This document shows, piece by piece, positions 52,301 to 63,816 of a DNA stretch of 64,000 nt. Where the stretch lies: NCBI RefSeq assembly GCF_041146345.1, contig NW_027191417.1, positions 248,001-312,000 on the forward strand, written 5' to 3'. The notes under the pieces are model-generated. The model had not been told where the DNA came from, searched no databases, and saw nothing but the letters and a program-made list of their open reading frames with translations. Position numbers and translations under genes: made by a program. The DNA is from Neodothiora populina (taxonomy: Eukaryota). Numbering within the stretch: position 1 is the first letter of the stretch; each line of letters starts with the position of its first letter.

Positions 52301-53940
52301 TCACTTCGTCTTCTCGACTCCTCCGGGCCCAGAATAATGCTGTTGGACTCCATCGACGCCTCTAGCCAGTCCTCCAAGCTTAGCAAGAACCCACTCGACA
52401 TGGCCCCACTGAGTAAACGCAAATGTTCTTTCACTTCCTTTTCTCAGCTTACTTCCGACCCGGGCCTTTTCGAACTTAGCTTCGATGTCCGCCTCTGTGA
52501 AACGTCGAGTCTTGGTCTTCAACATGGCTGCTATTTCCTCGCGTGACATGCTCATCTGTTCCTTGCCGATCGGCACGAGGCAGTCGGCGAGGTACAAATA
52601 GTCTTTCGTCAGCAGTTTGAAAGTCATCATGTTGTAGTCGATGTTGTGAAAGACCAGTGCGCGGCCAGACGCGTATTGGGCTTTGGACTTGATGAAGTGC
52701 AGTGGCTGGTCTCGCCAGTGGCGGCGGGGATTCAGGTGGTGGGCGGTGTGGTAGCCGTCATTGAAGCAGAATCGGTTGGACTATTCGTCGTTAGTTCTGA
52801 CATTACACGAGAGGTTTCCTCTGGTGTGATAGAAGAACAAATTAAAGAAACCAGCAAAAGCAGTAGTATCATACTTGCGACTTGCTTCACGCTTCGCACA
52901 ATATCAAAATGGTTCGAGGAAATGAAACGTCGGAGTGTCAATGAGAAAAGAAAGAAGAGGGGAAAAAGACTCACAGGAACATCAACCAAAGTGATACTCG
53001 ACCGAAAGTCCGAATCCGGCTCAATCTCATCAACAAGGGCATGCTGACCAAAATTGCCGACCATCATAAAAAACCTTAAGATGCCAAAGGGCAAGAACAT
53101 AGCAAACAGCGTCGCTTTAAAGTTGACCTGAGTAGCCATGAACCAAAAGAAAGCATAGCTCGCGTACTCGCTCAGGCCAGCCTTAAGCGCCATGCCGGGC
53201 TTCCCCTTGCGCAGGAAATAAAGCGGCAACTCGAGCCAGACGAAGAACACAAATCGCCCGACATAGCAGAGAAAGTCAAAGACGTCGTCGCGTTGGTAGC
53301 GGAGTGTGGACGAGAGGTCATCGGCGCCGTTGCCTTCGACGTGGTGGTGCTTGACGTGATGGTAGTAGTAGCTGTCCCACGTGTGGCCCATCAATGGCTC
53401 CAGGATATAGGGAAACACACGGTCGATCAAGGAGAACTGCTTCGAGAGGATGCCGCCGTTGTGGATGTGGTTGTGCATCATCAGAGTGAAAGGACCAGCA
53501 CAGAAAACCGACCATATTGTGTGAGGCACAGCATGCCAATAGCTAAAGTGGCGAAACAGCAAAATCGCAGACGGCACAATCGTGGTGAAGTGAATGAGTA
53601 AATGCGTCAAAAAGACAACATCAGTAGGGTGGCGGACTATCTTCTGCCCGACCCGTGAGTATGGTTGCACAATATACTTGTTGAGTGTAGGGTTGATGTC
53701 CTTTTCGTCCCAGGTAGTGAAGACGGTAGGCTTGAACCGAGGATCGTTCTTGTTGTTGAAAGCCGTCAATTGATCGATGACTTCTTCGTCAGTGAACTGG
53801 TCATTGGTCGCAGCATTATCACCATCGCTTGCGGTAGACGATACGGCTGTCGTGAACTTCTCCTTCTTGATATCGCGGAATAAGTTCTCCAAGACCAAAG
53901 TATCCGGAACCGTCAGAGCGGGATCAATTGCGCCTGGCAT
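52301..53940 (-). CDS. Membrane fatty-acid desaturase-like protein (three His boxes)
   Basis: HNHIH, HHVKHHH and, after intron 52781-52974, FNDGYHTAHH; GNFGQHA; TM segments. Start MPGAIDP at 53940; extreme 3' end uncertain because a further intron is possible. Confidence 0.85.
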
Positions 53941-55049
53941 GATTAACCAGAGCAAAGAGAAAACAAACAAATCTGATAGCGACCGACGGTATATATAAGA
54001 CAAAACCACAAAAAAGATCGACAATTTACAAGACAAGACACCGACGCAAAATGAATACAAGCAAGTATGTGTACTCAGTTCAAGAAATAACACCTTCACA
54101 AGAAAGGGAACAGTACAGCAGGACCCTTGAATCACACACTGGAAACCCGCAAAGGCCGAGCGAAACTGGTGACCCTAAAGAGCTTCCAGACTTGGGGAAG
54201 ACTGATCCATCTGGCCCTAACAAGCTGCGAAGGTTGCTGTTGCCGGAAAGAGTAGAGAGAAGGGGGGGGGGCGGCGGAAAAGACGCGTGAGCGTAATTTG
54301 CCTCTTTGACAAGGTGATATTTATGCAGCTAGAATTGTGAAATTTATGTTGGTGAGGTTTAACATACACGACGCGGGAAAGAGTCGGCGATTTCTTTGGC
54401 CGTCGAGTCAGTTGCGAAAACGTTTGTTTGGTCAAACCACTTTTTGGACATTCACGGACTTTTCACTAGGACTTGTCAGAGCCTCGAACTTTACTCGTCG
54501 TGCTGTTGGGGTCTGATGCAATATATTTGTACCTCAGGCCATCAACTCATACTTCTTGCTATACCTCCCCAAGTATCGCTCTAATCACTTATCGTTCCAC
54601 AACATTACACGGAACTTGAAAGCGAGCTCAAAGAGATGGAGACGATAGCACTAATCGTACTGTGCTTGTACAGTATGCTGTACAGTACCTCGAGGCAACT
54701 TACCGAATCAGGAAATTTATACGCACCAAAGATGACGACGGGTCACGCACCATCCGCAAGACCCACCACGTTTGCCCATACAGTGACAACAAACCTGCTG
54801 TGCGATGTACAGATCACTGTGACTAGGTTAGGCAGCTAAATGGGCCTGAAGACACGTTCCTCTCCCTGTTAGTGATTCGACGGCTCACGCGGTGGGAATC
54901 GGCAGGCTAGTAATCGGTACAAGTACAGTAGTTGTACAGATACCACTGTGACATTCCTCTCTTCTTTTCTAGTATTTTTCGTTCTTATATACCCCTTGAA
55001 TACAAAACAGTCACACCTATCAAATCATCACTTCCTTTCTATCTCTCAA

Positions 55050-56125
55050 ATGCAGCCCTCAGAACCCACATCTCCCCGTGCCTCATGCCCGAACACAAAA
55101 GCTGCAACACCAGCTCTGACACTCTACGACACGCCGAGTAAAAGGCGACCAGCACCTGGGGTGGTCGCCTAATGCGTGGAAGAGTGAGTACTTTTCGACA
55201 ACACCAACAACCCCCCTTTGCACGTGTGTCCCACACTCTATGGATCTATTCGAAGATAAGCAAAGTGATTTGCGCCAAAGACTGATCAATCTACCGTTGC
55301 AGTCCGATTAGCGCTGAATTACAAACAAATCTCCTACCGGACCGTCTGGTTGGAGTTGCCAGGTATAGCGCCTACGTTCCGCGCAGCGTGAGTAGTCTGG
55401 CTCGAACATGAGTGTTCGTCAATGACTGACCAGGACCAATGATGTCGTATGCAGTGGGATCCCACCGAACAAAAAATGTCAAAAACGCATTTACGATCCC
55501 CGCCGTGTCATTCCCTCCTACATTGCGTTCTGATGGAGACCTGTCTATAATCCAGGACTCGGCGGTTATCGCTCCACTGCTTAACAGCTTGTATCCGGGC
55601 ACGCCTCATCTGCACATTCACGATAACGGCGCCATGGGCACCCAAAGCGACTCAACTGCGACAAAAGCCCAAACCTGCGTCGCGAGAATCTTCACTGCTC
55701 TTGCGCCACTGACTCTGCCGAGTGTCGCGCACACGCTGCTGAATGAGTCGAGTCAGCGGTTTTATATCGCCAAGCACGCGGCGCTGTTTGAACGGCTTGG
55801 TGTAGTCGATTCTTTGTCTTCTGGTCAGGGGGCAGATTACTCTATCGGGATGGAGGAGAAGGTGTGGGCGTCTGTACAGCCTGGCTTGAAGGAACTGGAT
55901 TCACTATATATCGTTGCTGGAAATGAAGAAGTCGAAGTAGGAATGGAACCAAAGCGGTTCTTGGGAGGGAATAGCGAGCCCTCGTTCACCGACTTCGTAG
56001 TCGTTGCTGCAATCAAGACTCTGCAAGTCGCCAGACGGGACTTATTCGAGAGGGTTGTGGGTGAATATCAGGGTCTGAGAGGGGTTTTTGGCGCGTGTGA
56101 AGAGTGGCTTGTGGAAGATTATTAG
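55050..56125 (+). pseudogene. Glutathione S-transferase-like gene interrupted by two +1 frameshifts (pseudogene or assembly error)
   Basis: LTLYDTPSK / GWSPNAWK|IRLALNYKQISYRTVWLE..GIPPN / FTIPAV..IQDSAVIA..FLGGNSEPSFTDFVV. Frame changes fall in A-runs at 55140-55143 and 55471-55476. Confidence 0.75.
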
Positions 56126-56134
56126 GCTGTTTGA

Positions 56135-58153
56135 TCATTTTCTGGTCTTTTTGAAAGCGCTGTCCAGAGTTCCTTGGCCTCGTTCTCTCTTCTTCCCTCG
56201 TGGTGTCATTTGCTCTTGCTTTATCCCTGCGCTTTTATCGACATCCTCCTCGCCTGCGTCGCCGCCTATACCTCCCTTTTGGCCTCTCGTGGGTCCCTCT
56301 CCTTCATCCTTGAACAGCGCTTTCCACGATCCGTCTAGCACTCGCGAGTCGTCCCCGTGCAACCCTACAGCGTATGCTTCCTTGAGTCCACTGATACAGA
56401 TCTCTCGCCTTTCAGAGAAATCAAACATCGGTTTAGGATACACCATGGATCCGTTATCGTCACGTTGGACTGAATCTCCTTTACCACTCACATCGCCCTC
56501 ACCTTTGACGACCACTCCCGCAGCCCGCTGATCCGCAATCGGCGCCTTCCAGGGCTCATAGATATACTTCTTATCCAGCGCTGCCAACTCCGGAACGTAC
56601 TTCCTAATGAACGCGCCCTCCGGATCCCATTTCTTGCCAAACGCAACCGGCGAGTAACATCTGTAGAATTGCGAGTAAAATGCCACACACGCCAACCACA
56701 TCCAGTTACCGCTGTTGCACGCCGTCTCGTGGTCGAGGAGCAGCTCCTCGAAGACTTCTGCGCCGCGCTCCCAGTGGATGTAGCAGCCTCCGCGCGTCAG
56801 GAAGCAGGCCACTGCGTGCCGGCCGAGATGGTGGATCCAGCCTTCGGTGCGCAGTTGGCGCATCAGGCCGTCGATCCATGGGAAGCCCGTCTGGCCGTGT
56901 TTCCAGCGTTGGAACCATTGTTCTGCGACTGGGGAGTCGATGGTGTAGGAGCCTGTTATGAGGTTTGGGATGGGGGATGAGGAGATGTCGTGGGTGGAAG
57001 GAAGGTGCCAGGGTATGAAGCGACAGATGGAGTTGCTGGCCTGTTGAGCGAAGTAGTAACCTTGAGCTGCTTGCGCGGCGAAATACATGTCTCTGAACAG
57101 CAATTGACCATGGAGCGAAGTAGGTGGTTCGGAAACGGGTTTCTTCTCTTTGCGCCGCTTGTCCAGGACAGCTTCGACGCGCCACCAAAACTCGTGCACC
57201 GACAGTGTCCCGAAATGCAGATGCGGCGAAGTGAGACACGTACTCTGAGGCTCGAAAGCAGTAGGTGCCGTCTTGGGCTTCTCAAAAGTACCCGTGAAAT
57301 CCTCATCCGCGATGACTTTCTCCAAAACCTCAAGCGCGAGTGTTTCGCCTCCTCGATGCGGCGTCGTCGCTTCTCCCAATCCCAATTCTTCCATTGTAGG
57401 CACGCCAAAATCACCGTTAGGACCAGCTATGCCCCCACCGTAACTGTTCTCTTTCTCTCCCTCCTGCCTACCACCCTCATTGAAATCAGGTTTCTGATCA
57501 GGAACGCTCTGTTCGACACCCTCTAAGCTCGTATCACCAACATCAGGCAAAGAAGTCGGCGCAGGCAGCGGCCTATCCACCTCTCCAATCTTCGCCCCAG
57601 CGGCCTGAAGCTGCGTGATAGTCATCGTCGGCTTGCCACCATTACACTTGACAATCTCATCTGGATCCCAGAGCGTCCGACCGCCCTTGACAACGGTCAC
57701 TCTGACGTCCATCTGTCGACAGATCTCGACGACGGCATCATCTCTCGCGCGAGCGTAAGCGTCCGTGTCCTTTTCGAACACGACATCGGTGATCCCCCAC
57801 TGCTTCAGCAATTTAGGAAACACAGTCTGTGGCGCTTCACGGACGACAAGAAGTTTCTGCGTTGGATTTAGTGAGGTCAAGGACTCGGACAGGTTGCGTT
57901 GGCTGTCGGTGAGGAATTGCCATCTGTTCGCGCCGACGCGGGCGCGGTAGACATAGTGAGGATCCCAGGTCCAGACGCAGTAGAGGGCTGTGGGGTTCAG
58001 AGAAAGGGCGTGAGCTAGAGAGGGAGAGTCGTGCAGACGGAGGTCTGTTCTGTACCAGTGTATCACGCGACGGGGTCCCTCATTGTTGTCTTTACCTGAA
58101 GGTTCGGATTGCTTCGTGCTTTTTGGTTGCACTTTTGCTTTCTTTGGGGGCAT
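56135..58153 (-). CDS. (6-4) photolyase / animal-type cryptochrome family flavoprotein
   Basis: VIHWYRTDLRLHDSP, GGETLAL, SPHLHFGTLS, GQLLFRD, WKHGQTGFPWID, GWIHHLGRHAVACFLTRG, NSGNWMWL and DPEGAFIRKYVPEL. Intronless; first ATG (MPPKKAK) at 58153. Confidence 0.95.
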   Translation of the reverse strand: MPPKKAKVQPKSTKQSEPSGKDNNEGPRRVIHWYRTDLRLHDSPSLAHALSLNPTALYCVWTWDPHYVYRARVGANRWQFLTDSQRNLSESLTSLNPTQKLLVVREAPQTVFPKLLKQWGITDVVFEKDTDAYARARDDAVVEICRQMDVRVTVVKGGRTLWDPDEIVKCNGGKPTMTITQLQAAGAKIGEVDRPLPAPTSLPDVGDTSLEGVEQSVPDQKPDFNEGGRQEGEKENSYGGGIAGPNGDFGVPTMEELGLGEATTPHRGGETLALEVLEKVIADEDFTGTFEKPKTAPTAFEPQSTCLTSPHLHFGTLSVHEFWWRVEAVLDKRRKEKKPVSEPPTSLHGQLLFRDMYFAAQAAQGYYFAQQASNSICRFIPWHLPSTHDISSSPIPNLITGSYTIDSPVAEQWFQRWKHGQTGFPWIDGLMRQLRTEGWIHHLGRHAVACFLTRGGCYIHWERGAEVFEELLLDHETACNSGNWMWLACVAFYSQFYRCYSPVAFGKKWDPEGAFIRKYVPELAALDKKYIYEPWKAPIADQRAAGVVVKGEGDVSGKGDSVQRDDNGSMVYPKPMFDFSERREICISGLKEAYAVGLHGDDSRVLDGSWKALFKDEGEGPTRGQKGGIGGDAGEEDVDKSAGIKQEQMTPRGKKRERGQGTLDSAFKKTRK

Positions 58154-59105
58154 TGTATTAGTCAATCTCGCCAAAGCTATAGTTTGCTGACATGCGACAT
58201 ATGATGTCGATTTGTCGCAAGGGAATGTCTCTGCTTTGAGGATAGCAGTATATCAAAGTAGTAGTGAGCTTGCTACCGCTTTACGCAAGGGATGTAATCT
58301 AGTGTAGTAAGAAGTAGACATTAGACCATACCTACACCAGCAACGGATCATGCACAGGACATTGGTAAGACCAGCTGATAGAAAACCCCAGCCACATGTT
58401 TGACAATACTACACCTAGCCAACGCTCATCGAGTCCTGATATATCCACATTCAGCCGATGATGACATGCCTCTGGAATAAGCTTTCGCTAATCAGGAGTC
58501 AGATCTGAACGCTGATCATCACCATCACTGGCGGCCACAAAAGGTAACCTCAAGTCGCCGAGACAATTGGTCGCCGGGAACGCCGAGACAAGACATTCAG
58601 GACAGCGGGATTCGATTGGAAAGAATAAGAGAAGAATCCATATACATCGCATTATCATAACAAATAGTAAGTAATATGGTAGGAACAATGGTGGTGGATG
58701 ATAAACAGATAAAGCCGAGAATGGAACCGCAAAACAAAAGTCCCTAACCACTATCCCCCATCGCAAAGCACGCCGACAGACGTACGTACATGCATACGTT
58801 CGCGCTGTGTGTTGTCTTCAAAGCAACAGGGTATACACCACCCAACTCCGCAGTCCGAAAAACCCAGTGTCCACGCCATTGTACGACCCCCCTATTTTGA
58901 ACCATTGCTCACCTCGCACACAGCGAAAAGAGCAGGAGAGTTTTGACTCGATCCCCGGTTAATGAAAACGCCAGCTTGATTCCCTTTGCTGTAGAATTGC
59001 ACGCATCTCTCCTTGAGGACTTCTGAGCGTCCAACGGACTATGTCGCGGCAAAAGACACACCGCCAAAACAGACCGGACCAGTATCATCACGAGAGGAAA
59101 GCACT

Positions 59106-59945
59106 TCATGCCTCGGCTTTGAGGACCGGGTATGAAATGTCCTCGTCATGCTTGATTTCATGATCCTGATGCTGAGGCTGCTCGTGGTGCTGGGGCTGCT
59201 CGTGCATGGCCTCGTGCATGGGCTCGTGGTGGTGCACGTGCTCGTGCTCCTGGGCTCCCTGGACAACGTCTTCCTGGCCCTCGAACTCCTGGCGCTCGAT
59301 TCTCTCGCGGATCCAAGAGCGCAGTGATTCGATGACCCTGATGTTCTCGATCCAGTTTTCTTGCGACTTGTCAGCATCGCTGTTGGCGGCGCTGGTGTTG
59401 GGTGACTGGACAGCGCTCTGAGGTGGCAGAGGAGTGGAACGAAGAGCAGGATCGAGAGAAGAGGAATCCGGGCGCTCTTCGGCTTCCTTTGCGTTGCGAG
59501 GAGTCTTGGAGCCATCGTCCATATCCATTGCATCCTCAGATCCGCGCTCCTCCTTTGGTGCGGGAGCTTCGCGCTGAAGGCGGCCGCCGCTGTACCTGCG
59601 GCCCTCGAATGAGTCAAAGGCCGAGCCGAGACCAGAGGCAGGCGCAGAAGTTGTCGACGGGTAGCCGTTGCCCATGTCAGAAACCGCAGTGACTGCGGGG
59701 AGGCTTGGGTACATGTTGTTGCCGTTGACACTGCTCATGCTGGCACGAGAGTTGGTCGACATGGGCGAGTGGCTCGACGAGGCGTAAGATGTGACGGAAG
59801 CGGGAGTAAGAGCAGGTGTGTCAAGGGCGCTTGCGCTTGAAGCCATGTTTGAAAGGCTAGAGACACCGTTGAGAGCAGAGACTGCGCCGCCGGATGACTG
59901 ACCGCCGTAGTGCATGTTTGGCGGGCTGTCGCTGGAGCGGTAGTG

Positions 59946-59978
<33 letters not shown>

Positions 59979-61519
59979 GAAGCCAGGGTACTGAGTGTGC
60001 TGGGCGTGGAGGCCAGGCTGCTGGATGCCGGCTGCGGCTGCGCTGTTGGAGTTCTCGTAGACGGTAGCCTGCAGCTGCTCGAGGAAGCGATCAATCTCGT
60101 GCAAGTCGTTCTTGGTGCGCGCATTGGGAAGCGGCAGCGAGTAGGTCTGAGACATGGAAGCGGCAGCCATGGTGCCGCCTGTGCCTCCCATCATGCCGCC
60201 GCTAGAGCCGCCGAAGCTGTCGAGAAGGCTCTGGGTGGTGTTGTAGGTGCCTGCGTTGCTACCTCCGTTGCCGCCAGCGTTGTAGCTGTTGCCGGTCGAG
60301 TAGCCGAAGCCAGTGCTGATGGGCAGGGGAAGATTCTGCGACTGCAGTCTCTGGCCGACATCGTAGTAGCTGCTGGGGTCGATGGCCCTGCGCTTGATGT
60401 CGCCGAGGAAATCGTTCAGAGCCTCGATGGCTCTCTTGCGCGTGTCCATGCTCTGCAAGTCCTGCAGGGTGTTGGTGGCAGGAGCAGGGTAGTTGACCTG
60501 GCCATAGCCCGCATAGTTCTGCGGGGCATAGTTGTTGAACTGGTTGTTGGCCATGTGAGCGGGGTGAGAAGGGTATGGGTGGGGTTGAGACAGATCCTGT
60601 CCCGGTCCATAGTAGCCTGCTGTAGCTATGGATGTTAGAAAATCTGACATCTGTCCACCGGGACCAGACTCACGCTTGCCATTTTGTTGGTAGGCGTTGT
60701 TGCCGCCCCTGTTCTGCATGTTCGGGTCTGGAGATCGCATGAGGACTGAGTCGTCGGCGTGAGTCTTGACATGCTTCTTCAGATCCTGGGGGCGCTTGAA
60801 CGCCTTGCCGCAGAAGTCGCACTTGTGGGGCTTGAGAGGCACGTGGACTCTGATGTGCGAGGTGATGTGGTCGCGCTTGACAGTGGTGGTGCGGCAGGCA
60901 CCCCAGTGGCAAGTCAGATTCAGGTTGTTAGTGCTCTTGCGGCCGACGTGGCGCTCACAGACGTGATCCTGTGGAGGTTAGTAATGCATTAAGATGAAAT
61001 AAAGATGATGCGACTCACGTAAAGAGCCTCAGGCGACTGAGATCTTTCGCCACATCCAACCCATTGGCACGTGAGAGAATCGACGGTCGAGGTGGGTGCC
61101 TGAGGCGCGGCAGGCTGCTGCTGCTGAGGGGTAACCATGCCGATCTGTGAGTTTGGATCGTGTTGCTGAGGCTGCATCATCGGCGACTGGTGCTGTTGCA
61201 CTTGAGGAGGCTGTGGCACGTGGTGTTGTTGCTGGGCCTGTTGTCCCTGCTGCTGCTGAGGCTGCTGCTGCTGGGAAGGGTCTAGTTGATGATCAAGAGT
61301 GTGATCGATCTGAGGTTGGTAGAGCTGCTGATCATGTTGCTGCTGCTGTTGCTGCTGGTGGTCATGTTGCTGGTGATCGTGTTGCTCATGTGGTTGCTGC
61401 TGAGGTTGCTGCTGTTGTTGTTGTTGTTGCTGTTCCTGAAATTGTTGTTGTTGATGCTGGTGGTGCTGCTGCAGCGCCTCCTGCACCTCATCGATCTGGC
61501 GTTGTTCCTGGGGATCCAT
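59106..61519 (-). CDS. pacC: pH-response C2H2 zinc-finger transcription factor PacC/Rim101
   Basis: [75 protein letters not shown]-like [18 protein letters not shown]; two YPxL motifs (YPSL, YPVL); signalling-protease box [12 protein letters not shown]. Two introns. Confidence 0.97.
59948..59979. repeat. (TTG)n trinucleotide repeat encoding poly-Asn in PacC
   Basis: Uninterrupted ttg run that translates on the minus strand to a poly-N tract of about 12 residues. Confidence 0.9.
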
Positions 61520-61599
61520 TTTATCTGTTGTCGCTGATGGCGATGGTCTATACCACTACTATACAGACGCTCCCAAGACCTTAGGGCGCTCGCGTAGTC

Positions 61600-63656
61600 G
61601 CCAAGAGTTATGAAGCTGGATGGCCCTGGAGAAAGGGTGTTATATGCGCGCGTCGTTCTGGTGCAGACGCAAAACAGAAGACTTGCAGAGTTACACGACA
61701 AGTGGAAAGTGTTGTAACGTGAGAAAACTCCTTTTTGGACGCGTCAAATCCACAGTCAACTTGTCCTTTTGTTACAACAAGTTTCGAGATAGAGAGACGA
61801 AAGGACGAGGTGGAAACGACAAGACAAAAAGTCTGGGCAGCGCGTGCGGAGGGGAGTTGCGAGTAATAAAAGTCCAGCACTCTAGCAGCCGGGCGGGGCC
61901 AAGGAAAACTGTGAGGAAGGAGGCCGGCCAAGGGAAAGAGCGGACTTGGCTGATTCGGGGTATGCGAAGTAATGCGATGGCTTGGCTAACGAGAACCTAA
62001 GACACCACCATTCGTTTTTTGTATCGCTTATGTGAACTCTGACCGTCCACTAGCCGTCTCTATGCCAAGTGATTGGATCAGTCGTGAATCTGGGTGGGTT
62101 CTGCCAAGCAGGCCAAGCCTTGGCGCCCAGTACCATCGCCGTTTGTCGATCCTTGCCCATGATGATGCGATGGGGCTGTGCAAATTGTCTTTTCGCGTCT
62201 CATCATGTCAGGCAAATATCATGTAGCCGTGGTTGGGTAGGTAGGTGTACTACTGACCAGGCAAAGCTAGGGTACTGCTGTACCGGTAGATTATCTACCT
62301 GCTTTTGTGCAGAGGTACAGTACGTCGTCTGTAGCTGAGAGCAATTTACGGAGCGAGTATTGCACGTATAGATATTCAGGCTATCGTAGGTAGGCAGGAT
62401 AAGGCTGGGCTTGGCTGGAAGACTAGATGTACAGCGGATACTTGTATGCACTCGAGCCTTTTGCTGCTAGAAATACACACACTGCGACAAAGGACTCACA
62501 ATATCACTACTCGAGTCAAAAGCGTTAAAAGACAGACTGAACGAGTAGTCAAGATCAACCGACGTCGTCGCGAAGATAAACCCTTCGAGCACACGCGACA
62601 TTTACTGTACTGCGACACACCGTCTCGTCCCATCGCATATCAAAGTTTAGTCCCAGCACTTCCCCACGCATCTAGTCCTCGTAGCTGCGAAAGCATGTAT
62701 CTCTGTACATGTTGACAGCTCTAGAGTGAGCTGAGCAGCTACTTCGTATCGCACATCATCTCGTCTGTCCGTCTCCTGAATCTTACCGTAGAGGGCTTCC
62801 GACGGGGGCGAGGTACTTTATACACAAGGTGGGGGTGCATTGATGTTACCATGCTGCACGTGTACAGTAGGAATTCTGCCTCACTGTTCGAGGAAATACT
62901 GCACATATTCGACGAGTCTGCCTGAAAAGACGAGGAACGAGGCTGTTGAGACAACATGTATATGAGATGTGAGGGTAGTAGCGGCGATACACGATCTCGG
63001 GGTACAATATAGTAGGTACAATAAATAGCCACAGTACACCGTACCGCACCTCCACGTCGAACAGAATATATTGAATAGTAGTACCAAAGACTCGCGCGGG
63101 CTGGCCACGTCCATCTCCATTCCTCCAACGAAGGGTCTTCGTCAGCTACCTTGGCCTACCTTTCCGCAATCAATCTTCTTCCCGTGTTTTGCGTGCCTCT
63201 CAATCTCAATCTCAGCTATATTCCCCGTCTCCTCTCCTTGCTCGTTCAATGGGAAACTTCCGCCCAACTTGGCGCTCAAAGCCAAGTGCCCAGAAAAGCA
63301 GAGGAGGGTTCCAAGACATTTCTGCTCCGCCCACTTGTGATTTCCCGCCCCCCGCCCCCTTCTCTCTCTCTCTCTCTCTCTCAATCATTTCGCCGAATAC
63401 GTACGCCTTGGTTGCCCTTTTGCGCTCGTTTCGCTTATCCCGCTCTCGCTACTCTTGGCTTCCCTCGGAGCCGGAGTATCTCCTTCGATAGTACATATCT
63501 TCATCTAGGGAAATCCCTTGACTACCGGGAAAAAAGTCTACTGCGCTTAGGTAGAGGTAGGTTTCGAGACATTTGGTCGGAACCAGACTCGTGTTTCACC
63601 AAGGAATCGAAGGGGATGGGAGTCGAAGCAAGCGATTCTTATGCTTTGGGCTTGGC
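61600..63656. promoter_or_regulatory. Cluster of 15 PacC consensus sites (GCCAAG/CTTGGC) upstream of pacC
   Basis: Sites start at 61600, 61898, 61927, 61945, 61981, 62064, 62103, 62112, 62119, 62410, 63150, 63268, 63281, 63454 and 63651. Confidence 0.85.
63361..63382. repeat. (TC)n dinucleotide microsatellite
   Basis: tctctctctctctctctctctc read directly. Confidence 0.9.
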
Positions 63657-63766
63657 GCACGCGTGGGTGGTTGGAGTAAGGCTGTGCTACTGTGCTACTG
63701 TGCTGCTGTGCGGTGCTGTGCTCTTAGCTAGCTAGGGGACTTACGCGTTCACCTTATGGATCCTCG

Positions 63767-63816
63767 TGTCTGTCTGTCCGTCTGTCTGTCCGTCTGTCCA
63801 TCTGTCCATCTGTCCA
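63767..63816. repeat. Imperfect (TCTG/TCCG/TCCA)n tetranucleotide repeat
   Basis: tgtctgtctgtccgtctgtctgtccgtctgtccatctgtccatctgtcca read directly. Confidence 0.75.

Noticed and set aside
53941..54135. N-terminal extension of the desaturase ORF in the ORF track
   Set aside because: It starts at a non-ATG codon and translates a pyrimidine-rich 5' UTR; ATG 53940 is the plausible start.
58195..58215. White-collar light-response element upstream of the photolyase
   Set aside because: GATGTCGAT is only a loose, short match and could easily occur by chance.
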